The position numbers were made by a program, and so were the translations under genes. A DNA stretch of 64,000 nt from a virus, in the IMG/VR virus record IMGVR_UViG_3300007513_000009; one strand, given 5' to 3'. This document shows, one piece after another, positions 28,416-39,600 of the stretch (the stretch's first letter is position 1; each line of letters starts with the position of its first letter). The notes below the pieces were generated by a model. It made no database searches. It was given only the letters and a program-made list of their open reading frames with translations, and had not been told where the DNA came from.

Positions 28416-28796
28416 ATGATTAAATTGTCAAATTTGATATACGAGAGAGTTGATTTTCATGAAATGGCTTCTCAAATAGTTAAAGGTGCTGGATTAAAAT
28501 CTAAAATTATATTTAAGGATACTGGTAATAATAAGGCCGATTATAATGTAGATACAGATACTATTAATATTAAACCAACATCAAGGTTAAAAGATTTTTT
28601 AGTAACAATTTTTCATGAAATTGACCATGCTAAAGATGCTAAAAAAATGGGTAAAAAGAAGTATAAAAAAGAATATGAAAAAGAAATGAATATTGCCATA
28701 ACAAAAGGTAAAGATGCTCACGATGATAATTATTTTGAAAAAAAAGCAGAAAAATATGGTCGTAAAATGGCAAATGATTTTTTAAAGAAAAAGTAA
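28416..28796 (+). CDS. Small HExxH zincin-like metallopeptidase-fold protein
   Basis: A.YN..TDTI.I, TIFHEIDHA and a downstream FEKKAE third-ligand-like motif. Confidence 0.7.
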   Translation: MIKLSNLIYERVDFHEMASQIVKGAGLKSKIIFKDTGNNKADYNVDTDTINIKPTSRLKDFLVTIFHEIDHAKDAKKMGKKKYKKEYEKEMNIAITKGKDAHDDNYFEKKAEKYGRKMANDFLKKK

Positions 28797-28797
28797 T

Positions 28798-29301
28798 TTG
28801 AAAAAAATAGGTTTGGATGCATCTACTACAACAGTTGGATATGCATTCGTAGACGATAAAACAGTTATTGATATGGGTTTTATTCCCATCAATAAAGAAA
28901 AGACAATTCGTGATAAAGTACAAGTTACTTTAGAATCATTGAATGAATTATGTCCATTTAAAGATGTTGATAAAATTTATATTGAAGATAGTCTTTCAGG
29001 GTTTTTGCATGGTAGAACATCACAACAAACAATAATTAAATTAGCAAAATTCAATGCAGTATTGACATATTGTTTAGAATTTGCATTTGGTGAAATAGTT
29101 GATGGGGTTAATCCAATGACAGCTCGAAAAAATTTATTTGGTAAAGCTAGAAAAAAAGGGTTATCAGCCAAGGAGTTTGTGAAGGAAGAAATAAATAGCT
29201 TGTATAATGTAGAAGAATATGTTAAATTAACGAAGACAGGATTGTGGGATAAACGGAATATGGATGCTTATGATGCATTAGTCTGTGCCCTATATGAATA
29301 A
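28798..29301 (+). CDS. RuvC-like Holliday junction resolvase
   Basis: IGLDASTTTVGYA, IYIED and DAYDAL catalytic acidic residues of the RNase H/RuvC fold; TTG start. Confidence 0.85.
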   Translation: MKKIGLDASTTTVGYAFVDDKTVIDMGFIPINKEKTIRDKVQVTLESLNELCPFKDVDKIYIEDSLSGFLHGRTSQQTIIKLAKFNAVLTYCLEFAFGEIVDGVNPMTARKNLFGKARKKGLSAKEFVKEEINSLYNVEEYVKLTKTGLWDKRNMDAYDALVCALYE

Positions 29302-30202
29302 ATTAATACATTTGTTAGAACGGACTTTAAATAGTCGAAGCAAAAAACTAACAAAACAAGATGAGTATATGTTTTTCTCACCTTTTGTTAGTCATTATAA
29401 GCCTAAATTACAAATCAATATGTCATCTCAGAAGTGGCATTGTTGGGTTAGTAATCAAGGTGGTTATTCTTTATATTCACTATTTAAAAAGATAAATGCT
29501 GACAGTAGATATTTTAATGAATTAAAAGATATTGTATTTGTTCCGACTAAAAAAGAGGAAAAAGAATCAAATGTTATTGTTTCTCTACCGAGAGAATATC
29601 AATCATTAACATCAAAATCTAAATCATTGTTTTACAAACATGCTATGAATTTCTTAACAAAAAGAGGATTGGATAATATTGATATTAAGAAATATAAATT
29701 AGGTTTTTGTGATAATGGTGTTTATCAAAATAGAATTATAATTCCAAGTTATGATGAAAATGGAATATTGAATTATTTTGTGGGTAGGTCATTTATGGGT
29801 GGTATGAAATATAAAAATCCAAATGTATCAAGAGATATTGTACCTTTCGAATGGTTTATTGCTTGGTCATATCCAATTGTATTATGTGAGGGTGTGTTTG
29901 ATGCCATTTCAATTAGAACAAATGCTATACCAATGTTAAGTAAAAAACCATCAAAGAGTTTATTAATAAAGATATTTGAAAAGAAAGTAAAAACAATTTA
30001 TATTGCTTTAGATGATGATGCAAAGAAAGATGCTTATCGATTATCAGAATTTTTTAAAGATTTTGGTATAGATACTAAAGTAGTGAATTTACCCAAAGAC
30101 AAAGATCCAAATGATTTGGGATTTAAACAAATGAATAATTTAATAGATAAAACAATATCATCAAGCTTTTCCGATATGATACAGGCAAGACTATATGGAT
30201 AA
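29294..30202 (+). CDS. DNA primase (DnaG-type, Toprim)
   Basis: FL.KRG, NRIIIP, YFVGR, KYKNP, LCEGVFDA, IALDDDA and KDPND motifs. Confidence 0.9.
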   Translation: MNKLIHLLERTLNSRSKKLTKQDEYMFFSPFVSHYKPKLQINMSSQKWHCWVSNQGGYSLYSLFKKINADSRYFNELKDIVFVPTKKEEKESNVIVSLPREYQSLTSKSKSLFYKHAMNFLTKRGLDNIDIKKYKLGFCDNGVYQNRIIIPSYDENGILNYFVGRSFMGGMKYKNPNVSRDIVPFEWFIAWSYPIVLCEGVFDAISIRTNAIPMLSKKPSKSLLIKIFEKKVKTIYIALDDDAKKDAYRLSEFFKDFGIDTKVVNLPKDKDPNDLGFKQMNNLIDKTISSSFSDMIQARLYG

Positions 30203-33200
30203 AATTAAAACCATAGCTCACTTAGCAGACATTCATATTAGAAAAATACATAGGTTTGTAGAGTATAGAGATGTGTTTAAAAGATTGTATAGAAGGTTAA
30301 AAGAAGTAAAACCTGATTTAATTTATATTGGTGGAGATATTGTTCATGGTAAATTGGATACTTCTCCTGAAGAGACGAGATTAGTTGCTGATTTCTTTTT
30401 AAAGTTGAGTTCTATATCACCTATATTAATCATACCAGGAAATCATGATTGTAATTTAAATAATAAATCACGTGAAGATGTATTATCGCCTATAGTTGAT
30501 TTAGTAAAACAAATAAACCCCAATATACATTATTGGAAAAAATCAGGTGTATATGAATTGGGAGATTGTCAATTCGGATTTTTATCTGTATTTGATATAA
30601 CAAAAGAAGGAAAACCTAATGTAACAAATCTACCTAAAGCTAAAGATATAGATGGTAAGGATAAGATAGCAGTTTTTCATGGTGGAGTTGGAACTTTCGA
30701 AGTTGATACTGGATTAGAGATGAGAGATGATAATGTTAGAGTTTCAGATTTTGACGGTTATGATTTAGTATTACTTGGTGATATACATAAAAGACAGTTT
30801 TTAAATAAAGATGAGACAATAGGATATTGTGGTAGTTTAATTCAACAGAATTTTGCTGAAGCACCTGAGCATGGATTTTTATTATGGGATGTGGAGAAAA
30901 GAAAATCTGAATTTATTCAAGTAGAAAATGATTATGGTTTTAAAACTATAATTGTTGATGGGGGGAAGATAACAAATACAATGTCTTTTGTTCCTAAGTT
31001 TGGTAGTATTAAGATAAAATATAAAGATACTACTGTAGAGGAATTGAGATTAATAGAATTAGATTTACGAAAGAAATATACAAAGATAAAACAAGTAGCT
31101 ACTGAAAAAATAACAAGTATTGATTCCCATTTAAGTAAAGGTCAGAATAAAATATCGATAGATAATATACATGATTTGGATGTACAAAATAAACTTATTT
31201 CAAAGGTATTGAAAGAAGAAAATTCAAATATTGATGATAAAACTGTTGAAAGAATATATGAAATAAATGAACAAACTAATTCTTCAGTTGGTATGAAAAA
31301 AGATAAACCAAGAAATATAGAGTGGAGATTGAAGTATATAGAGTTTGATAATATGTTTAGTTATGGTAGAAATAATGTGATAGATTTTACAAAACTTAAT
31401 GGAATAGTTGGAATTATAGCACCTAACCATATTGGCAAATCAGCACTGCTTGATATTGTTTCATATACGATATTTGATACTTGTTCTAGAACTTATAAAG
31501 CTATGGAAGTTTTGAATAGTAAAACAAAAAGGTTTGAAGTTAAGTTGGGGCTTGAGGTAAATGGAGTAACATATTATATTCATCGTGTGGGTAAATTAAA
31601 TAGGAGGGTTGCTAGAAAAACTGGAATTGTTACAAAGACTTGTCCTGTTTCTGTAAAATTTTATGTGGAAGAAAATGGAGAAATGATAGATTTATCTGGA
31701 GCTTCAAGAAGAAACTCACAATACGGAAGTGGTACAAATGAAGAAATAAGAAATATTTTGGGTTCATTTGATGATTTTATATTAACTTCAATGTCTTTAC
31801 AAAATAATGGACAAAATTTTATTGAAAAGAAACAATCAGAAAGAAAACAAATTTTGTCACAATTTCTTGATATTGATTTATTTGATAAATTATATGATAT
31901 TGCAAAAGAAGATGTACATGAGGAAAAGTCTTTACATAAAAGAATGAAAAATAAAGAATTATTTTATCAGATTTCTAAATTAGAGGAGGATTTAACTTTA
32001 CAAAAAGATACTCTTAAAAAAGAGGAAAAGGAATTAAATGTTTTTAATAAAATAATTGATAGAAATAATAAGCAAAAAGAAAGATTTATAAAGAAGTTGA
32101 AAGATATTGATGTTGTTGTTGATGCTATTGATTTTGAAAGCGAAATAGAATTATTGAGTAGAAAAATAGATGAAAATAAAGATAATTTGAATATTGAATT
32201 AGAATATAGAGAAGATTTAAGAAAACTATATAATCAATTATTAAAAGATAGTAAAATTTATGATGAAGATAAAATAAATGAAGATTATGAATTATTTCGA
32301 AATATACAATTAGAAGAAAAAGAAATTTCTAATGCAATTTTATTGGTTGAATCGACAATAAAAGATTTTGAAAAAAAATTATTACATTTAGGAAAATATG
32401 AGTATGATGAGGATTGTGAGTTTTGTTTAAAAAATGGAAAACATCAAATTGATGATAAAAAAGTTATGGAGAATGATATAAAGGATAAGAAAGTTAAGTT
32501 AGAAAAATTAAAACTTTTGAAAATTAGTATAGTTAATAAGATGGCTATTTTAAGTGATTCTGAAATAACAAAAATAAAATATGAACAACTTTCTGAAGAT
32601 TTAAAAAGGGTTGAAAGTGATGCTTATAAGAATCACGCCACAGTAAAACAAATCGAAAAAGATATTTCTGAATATGAAATGAAGATGTCATCTTTGTATG
32701 ATGGTAAGAAAAAATATGACAAAAACAAAGCACTCATTCAACATAATGAAGATGTGAATAAGAATCTTAAAGATATTGGTGTTGAGCTTGATAAAAATAT
32801 ATTGTTAAGAGATAAATTAAATGAAAAGGTACAAAAATTAAAAACAAATATTATTGTAATTGAAACAAATAAATTAAATATTGAAGAAGAAATAAAACAA
32901 TTTATAGAAATTGAACAAAAGATACATGATTATACTTTGTATTTAAATCTTATATCTCGTGATGGCATACCAAGATTAATTATAAATGACGCACTTCCAA
33001 TTATCGAAAATGAAGTGAATGCTGTATTGGAACATATGATGGTTGGTTTTGAATTAAAGCTTAAAAATGAAGATAAAAATATAAATATTTACATCAAATA
33101 TTCAGATAATGAATGGCCGCTTGATTTGTCTAGTGGTATGGAAAAATTTGTATCTTCTTTGGCTTTGCGTGTTGGTTTGATTAATGTTTCAAATTTACCA

Positions 33201-33407
33201 CATCCTGATTTTATTGTAATTGATGAGGGATTTGGTACTTTAGATAGTGATAATTTATCTAATATGAAAGGAGCTTTTAATTATTTAAAAACACGATTTA
33301 AATCTGTATTTATTATATCCCATCTAGATACCATAAAGGATTTTATGGATTACCTTTTACCAATCAATAAAACAACAAGCGGATATTCTAAAATAACATA
33401 TAATTAA
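30195..33407 (+). CDS. Fused SbcD/Mre11 nuclease - SbcC/Rad50 ATPase (T4 gp47-gp46-like)
   Basis: Phosphoesterase motifs ADIH, GDIVH, GNHD, FHG, GDIH; then Walker A APNHIGKS, Q-loop SLQ, coiled coil with CEFC hook, signature LSSGME, Walker B IVIDEGFGTLD, ISH. Confidence 0.92.
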   Translation: MDKIKTIAHLADIHIRKIHRFVEYRDVFKRLYRRLKEVKPDLIYIGGDIVHGKLDTSPEETRLVADFFLKLSSISPILIIPGNHDCNLNNKSREDVLSPIVDLVKQINPNIHYWKKSGVYELGDCQFGFLSVFDITKEGKPNVTNLPKAKDIDGKDKIAVFHGGVGTFEVDTGLEMRDDNVRVSDFDGYDLVLLGDIHKRQFLNKDETIGYCGSLIQQNFAEAPEHGFLLWDVEKRKSEFIQVENDYGFKTIIVDGGKITNTMSFVPKFGSIKIKYKDTTVEELRLIELDLRKKYTKIKQVATEKITSIDSHLSKGQNKISIDNIHDLDVQNKLISKVLKEENSNIDDKTVERIYEINEQTNSSVGMKKDKPRNIEWRLKYIEFDNMFSYGRNNVIDFTKLNGIVGIIAPNHIGKSALLDIVSYTIFDTCSRTYKAMEVLNSKTKRFEVKLGLEVNGVTYYIHRVGKLNRRVARKTGIVTKTCPVSVKFYVEENGEMIDLSGASRRNSQYGSGTNEEIRNILGSFDDFILTSMSLQNNGQNFIEKKQSERKQILSQFLDIDLFDKLYDIAKEDVHEEKSLHKRMKNKELFYQISKLEEDLTLQKDTLKKEEKELNVFNKIIDRNNKQKERFIKKLKDIDVVVDAIDFESEIELLSRKIDENKDNLNIELEYREDLRKLYNQLLKDSKIYDEDKINEDYELFRNIQLEEKEISNAILLVESTIKDFEKKLLHLGKYEYDEDCEFCLKNGKHQIDDKKVMENDIKDKKVKLEKLKLLKISIVNKMAILSDSEITKIKYEQLSEDLKRVESDAYKNHATVKQIEKDISEYEMKMSSLYDGKKKYDKNKALIQHNEDVNKNLKDIGVELDKNILLRDKLNEKVQKLKTNIIVIETNKLNIEEEIKQFIEIEQKIHDYTLYLNLISRDGIPRLIINDALPIIENEVNAVLEHMMVGFELKLKNEDKNINIYIKYSDNEWPLDLSSGMEKFVSSLALRVGLINVSNLPHPDFIVIDEGFGTLDSDNLSNMKGAFNYLKTRFKSVFIISHLDTIKDFMDYLLPINKTTSGYSKITYN

Positions 33408-33580
33408 TTTTGATTTATATTATTAGAATATAAGATATTTTTAGGTCTACTTTCACCACGCTTTAAACTTAATATGTGTTGATTAAGTATTGCGGACATA
33501 GTAGTACTTTCATCCTTAACATATAGTCTAAACCAGTCCATAAGTCTCTCATCTATTGTAAAAGAATATTTTCTTTTCAT
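33404..33580 (-). CDS. Small ribbon-helix-helix (CopG/Arc-like) DNA-binding protein
   Basis: MKRKYSFTIDERLMDWFRLYVKDESTTMSAILNQHI strand-helix-helix pattern; GGAG RBS 9 nt upstream of this ATG; has its own minus-strand ATATTTAT motif. Confidence 0.7.
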   Translation of the reverse strand: MKRKYSFTIDERLMDWFRLYVKDESTTMSAILNQHILSLKRGESRPKNILYSNNINQN

Positions 33581-33610
33581 ACTGATAATCTCCATATTTT
33601 ATCCATATAA

Positions 33611-33643
33611 ATAAATATTATATATTATTTCTTAAATATTTAT
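33611..33643. promoter_or_regulatory. Divergent pair of ATATTTAT motifs
   Basis: ATAAATAT at 33611-33618 (motif on - strand, facing the RHH gene) and ATATTTAT at 33636-33643 (+ strand, facing the giant fibre gene). Confidence 0.65.
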
Positions 33644-33664
33644 TAATACGTTTAGGAATAATAT

Positions 33665-36600
33665 ATGCCAACATATACACAAACTTTAGATTTAGAGTCG
33701 TATCGTTATTATATCGATACACCGATTGATGATACAACATATTTTAATTTAACAGGATTACCTGATATATTAAGTTATGGTAAACATCCGTTTGTAATAA
33801 CATATAATACACCAACCAATTCCCCACCTTTAAAATCTGGCACAAGTTTATTATTTGAATTTGTTGATTCTAGAGGAATTGTAATTTTTTCGGAAATTAC
33901 TAATACATTAAGTGGTGGGGCAAATGGATATGTTTGGATTCAGCAAAATCCATTAAGAACATCAGCTGACATAAGTGATGGTATTGCTTCTTTTTATATT
34001 GTGGGTTCTCTTATTGAAGATTCATTACCAGATGAATATGGTGATGCATATAATATAAGAAGTACTTTCCAATTTGAAATAAGAAAGGATTATCAGAATT
34101 TATCACCAATTATATTTAAAACACCATCTAATTTACAAAGTGGATTTGGTATTAATCAGAGTATTGAATATGATACTGGTGATACTCATGTATCACGAAG
34201 TTATGTTAATGTAAGTGCTTCAAATTTACAAACTAATGGTGGCCAGGTAAGATTTGCTGAATTATCATATAAAGAATCAAATACTCAAGCTACTGAATAT
34301 ACTACTTTATCTACATATGAATTAAGTGGAAATAACTATGAAGTTTCGGTTGATGATGCTGCTGGATTAAATGTATTATCGCATGAGTATAAGATTCCTG
34401 TACCAACGGATTTTAGACGAAATACTCCTGTTATTTTTAGATTGAGATTTAAAAATCCAAATAGTGAAGTTGCACAATATTATACTGGAAGTTTATTAAA
34501 TACAGATATAGAATTAACTTCATCAGAGCAAACATTTACAGGTTCAGCCGTTTTTATTGAAGGTAATGATAATCTAATAAGTGGTTCTTTATATACTGGT
34601 AATTCAGTTGGTGATGGTTTTGAAATGGCTGCTCGTGATGGTGGTGCTTATTTAAAATCCAAAGAGTATACTGGATTTGTAAATGGTGATGTTGGGGTCA
34701 TGATGTTTAGTGGTTCTGTGTTACCAGATAGTGGTGATTCTTATGGTGGAGTTGGATTAGAGTTAATTGGTAGTTCAACATCTTATTTTAAATTTCGTAG
34801 CAGTCCAAGTGAACTTGATATAAGAACTGATAAATTTTATATAGGTCAAGATGCTACTCAGTATATAAGTGGTAGTAATAATAATATAGAAATTAGTTCA
34901 AGTATATTTCATTTAGATCCTAGAAATGATAGATTGGTTATTGGAGCAGATGCTACAATTAATGCAGATTTAACAGTTGATAATTTAAGAACACCAGCAA
35001 CTATTGGTGGTGTTGCTTCAACTGTTGCAAATGCATCGGCATCTATTGATTCATTAGGATTTGCAAAATTTGTTTCGGCTTCTATTGGTAGTTTTGGTAT
35101 AAGTGAAAATGCTTTTTTCTCACCTGATAATGATCCATTGAATCTAAATTTTTATATAAGTGGTGCTGCAACTGGAACTGAATATTTTATATCATCTTCT
35201 AATTTCCAAGTTCAAGCAGATGGTGATGTGTTTGCATCAAATTTGACCATGACTGGTGGGTCTATTGGAAGTGGTGTTACTATATTACAAACCTTAACAG
35301 CGGATTCGATAAGAACTCCATCGACAATTGGAGGTAATCCATCTACCGCAGAAAATGCTTCATCATCGATAGATCAAGATGGATATGCGAGATTTCAATC
35401 AGCATCTATTGCTGGATTTGATATAAGTCCAATAGCTATTGCAAGTTCGAATAATAATTTAATATTAAGTTCTTCAGGTTTTATAACTGCTTCAAATTTT
35501 TTATTTGGAAATAAGGCTGGTGGAGATTATGTAGAATATTTAAATAACACTTTAACTGTTAGGGGTGATATAGCTGCAGAAACAATAAGAACGCCTGCTA
35601 TAATTGGTGGAAATCCATCGACTGATTTAAATGCTTCATCATCAATTGATTCTGAAGGTATGGCAAGATTTAAATCAGGATCTATAGGTGGATTTACAAT
35701 TGCTGGGGGAGGTTTACATTCAGATTCACATGAACTTCAGATTACTGGTTCAACAGGAACTCTTACTGCTTCAGCAGCACAAATAACTGGAAAGATAACA
35801 TCTACTGAAGGTTCAATAGGTGGGTGGGATATAGGTGATTCAACATTAACTGGTGGAAATGCTACACTTAATAGTTCTGGTAATTTAACTCTTGGTGATA
35901 ATACTAATGATATCGTAAGACTATCAGCCGATGATGGTACTTACAGATTATGGACAGGACACTCAACTGCTGGTTCTGCACCATTTAGAGTTGGAAAAGA
36001 TGGTTCATTGACTGCAACATCTGCTACCATAAGTGGAAATATAACTGCAACTACTGGTACGATTGGTGGGTGGACTGTAGATAATAATGCTATTTATATC
36101 GGAACTGAAGTTGCTAATGATGCATATACATCTGCGGGTGATATAACATTAGGGGCTGGTTTTTTAGGGTCTAATCAATTTAAAATAGCAACAGATGGTA
36201 CTGCTACTTTTAAAGGTGCTATTGCGGGTGGTTCAATTGATATTGGTACAAATGCATGGCATGTAGATGGTAGTGGTAATATGTGGTGGGGAAATGATGG
36301 TAATTATAGTACTGCAGATTCAAATAATGCGACAAGAATATCTTCGGGTGGTGCTATATATTTTAGTACAGGTACATTTAGTGGAGCAATTACTGGAGCA
36401 ACTGGTACATTTAGTGGAGATATTAAAGTAGGGGCTGATGATGAAGTATTTATTGTAGATTCTAGTGGTATTTACTTGGGTAATGAAACATTTGCAAATG
36501 CTGAATTTAGTGTAACTCCTGCTGGTGTTCTAAAGGCTGAATCAGGAACAATTGGTGGTTGGACTATACGAAATGCTGATTTGTATGCTGGAACAGATAC

Positions 36601-39600
36601 AGATTATATAGCTTTAATACCAGGTACAGGTATTCAAATGGGAGATTCAACTTTTGCTGATGCTAAATTTAGTGTTACTGAAACAGGTATACTAAAATCA
36701 ATATTAGGTACTATTGGTGGTTGGACAATTGGTAGTACTTTATCTGCAACTAATATTTTATTAGATCCTGGCACACCGAAGATTACAATAGGTAGTAAAT
36801 CAACATTAATTGATGCTAATACAGGACTTTATTTGGGTACAGATGGTATAGCATTGGGTGCAAGTTCTGTATTTAAAGTTACAGCTGCTGGGTCGTTGAC
36901 TGCTGAGGCTGGTACAATTGGTGGATGGAATTTAGATGATACAAAAATATATTCAGATAATTTATATATGCGTTCTACTGGAATTATTGAAACTTCTGAT
37001 TTTGCAAGTGGGGTTAAGGGTTGGAGACTTGATTCGACAGGAAATGGTATTGCTGAATTTAACGATATAACTATTCGTGGAACATTGTCTACAACAACTT
37101 TTGAAAAAGAAACTGTAAATGCTGTAGGTGGTCAATTATATATTGCTAATTCAACTACTATTACTGGTTCTGATCAAGTAGAAGCTACCGATACAACAAT
37201 GAGTATTGCAAATGTTGGGGGGTTTGCAGTAGATGAAATATTAGCTGCAAAGAAAATAACTTCTACTGGTTTTTCAACAGAATATATGTTGGTTGAAAGT
37301 TCATCAAGAGAAGATCCAGCTAGTGGCACAGATATTAGTGGTAAGTTATATGTTAAGCGTGGATATAGTGGTTCATTACCTGGAACAAATGATACGAGTT
37401 CTCTTGGAGATAGTGCTTCATTAGCTACAACTTATGAGCCTGGACAAGTAATTGTATCGACTGGAAAAGAAGGAACTGGTTATATCAGATTAAATGCAAA
37501 TCCAAATGATCCATATACACCATATATTGATATTGTTGAAAGAACTGGAAGTGCGATTTATGATATACAATTAAAAACAAGACTTGGTGATTTGAGTGGA
37601 TTGAGTCAAGATAAATTACATGGAACAGATCCAGCAACTGCTGGATTTGGATTATATGGTGAAAATGTATTTCTTGAAGGAGGTATAGTTGCAACTACAG
37701 GTTCTATTGGTGGGGTGAAGATGCAATCCAGTAAATTATTTACTGGAGAGGGAACTCATAAAAATGCCAATACTGGTTTTTATTTGGATAATAGTGGTAA
37801 CTTTAGTTTAAAAGATAAATTTACATTTGATGCTGAAACTGGAGTTGTAGAGTTAGTAGGAACATTACGACAATCTGTTAGTGGTCCTGTTATTACTCAA
37901 TATGTAGATAGAGGTACTTGGGCAGTGGCTACAGCATATGCCGTTAATGATTTAGTTCAACATGCTAGTGGTGGAAATACTTCAACGTATAAATGTTTAG
38001 TGGCTCATACATCAGCAGATCCAGCAGGAAATGATGGTACTACTGGTACACCAAATGTTGCTACAACGGGTTGGGCTATTTATGCGGCAGGTTCAACTGG
38101 AGCACAAGGTGTTCAGGGAGATCAAGGTGTTCAGGGAGATCAAGGTGTTCAGGGAGATCAAGGTGTTCAGGGAGATCAAGGTTCTGCTGGTAATGATGCA
38201 AAAACTGTACAATTAACATCACCTAATTATATTATATCATTTGATGCTGATGGTAATACACCAAGTCCAAGTAGTGCATTTAATTTAACTGCTACTGCCC
38301 AAAATTTTATTGATCCTTATTTTAAATTTACTGGTGATGGAATAACGGATGAAACTTCATATACGGATGGAACTACTGGAGATGATGCTGATACATTTTC
38401 GTTTGATCCATCAAGTTTAACTTATTTTTCTGCACCTAAAACTTTAAGGGTTGGAGTAGCTGAACAAGCTGCTGCTACAACAGAAATTGCTTTTGATACA
38501 ATTACAATAGTTGCCGTTCAGCCTGGATCAGATGGAAGTCAGGGTATTCAAGGAGTGCAGGGTGTGGCTGGAGAAGATTCTTATACTGTTGTTTTATCAA
38601 ATGCTTCTCATACATTACCAACAGATGCTAGTGATACAAGTACTTTTGGGGGAAGTGGTACAGACATTATAGTATATAATGGTTCAACTCAATTGGCTGG
38701 TATAACGAGTGGAACACCAACTGCGGGACAATTTTTAGTAACAAAAACTTCTGATAATATAACAGAAGGATCAATAACTGGAGGAACTCCAGCAGTATTG
38801 AGTGAAGCTACTGCTATAGCAGCTGATATTGCTTCTGTTAATTTTACAATTAATGCTGAGAATATTTCAACTGGTTTGATTGTATCGCAATCTCTGAGTA
38901 GAGCAAATCAAGGTATTCAAGGTATTCAAGGAATTCAAGGTCCTGAAGGAAATGATGCAATAACGATAAGATTAGCATCTACTACACAAACATTTACTTT
39001 TGACGGAAGTACTGGAACAGATGTTGCAACACCAACTATTCAAAGTTCATCATTTACTGCTAGTAGACAAAATACAACTGCCACGACATCGACTTTTAGT
39101 GCTGTAGATGATGAAGGGAATGATGCGGGATTTTTCTTAACATCTGAAGCTTATGGTACTTGGGCTACATCTTCTGATTCTTGTAGTTTAGGTATAGCAT
39201 CATTTGGTCCAAATACAAGTTCAATTACTGTTACTTCTACAGCAGATACCTATACTGATAGTATTACTGTTCATAGATTGTCGAGTGGAGAGACAGGCGA
39301 TACTGGTGGTCAAGGCCCACAAGGTCCTGGTGGTGATTCTCCAAAACTTGTGTCTTTAGAGGCAAGTAGTTTAGTATTTAGAAAAGACACTACAGGAACA
39401 TTTACACCATCTTCTATAGGATTTACTTCTAGTTTACAAAATACAGATGATACAACTGCAGCATTTACATCTGATCCATCTGTTACTTTAACACAAGGTG
39501 AAGATGCAAATCATCAAACATTAACAGCTGTTAATTTTGGTTCAAATACAGAAGCAACGATAACCGCTACAGCAGATACTACATTTACGGATTCAACTAC

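Noticed and set aside
28798-29301. Transposase or Cas12/TnpB RuvC
   Set aside because: Only 167 aa, no zinc finger, HTH or terminal repeats, and located in a primase/SbcCD operon; fits a stand-alone resolvase.
38105-38182. Possible CRISPR array
   Set aside because: Head-to-tail repeats without spacers, in frame within a CDS; no cas genes in the window.
38031-38216. ORF with (KVFREI)n repeats
   Set aside because: An alternative frame of the 18-bp collagen-like repeat inside the fibre gene.
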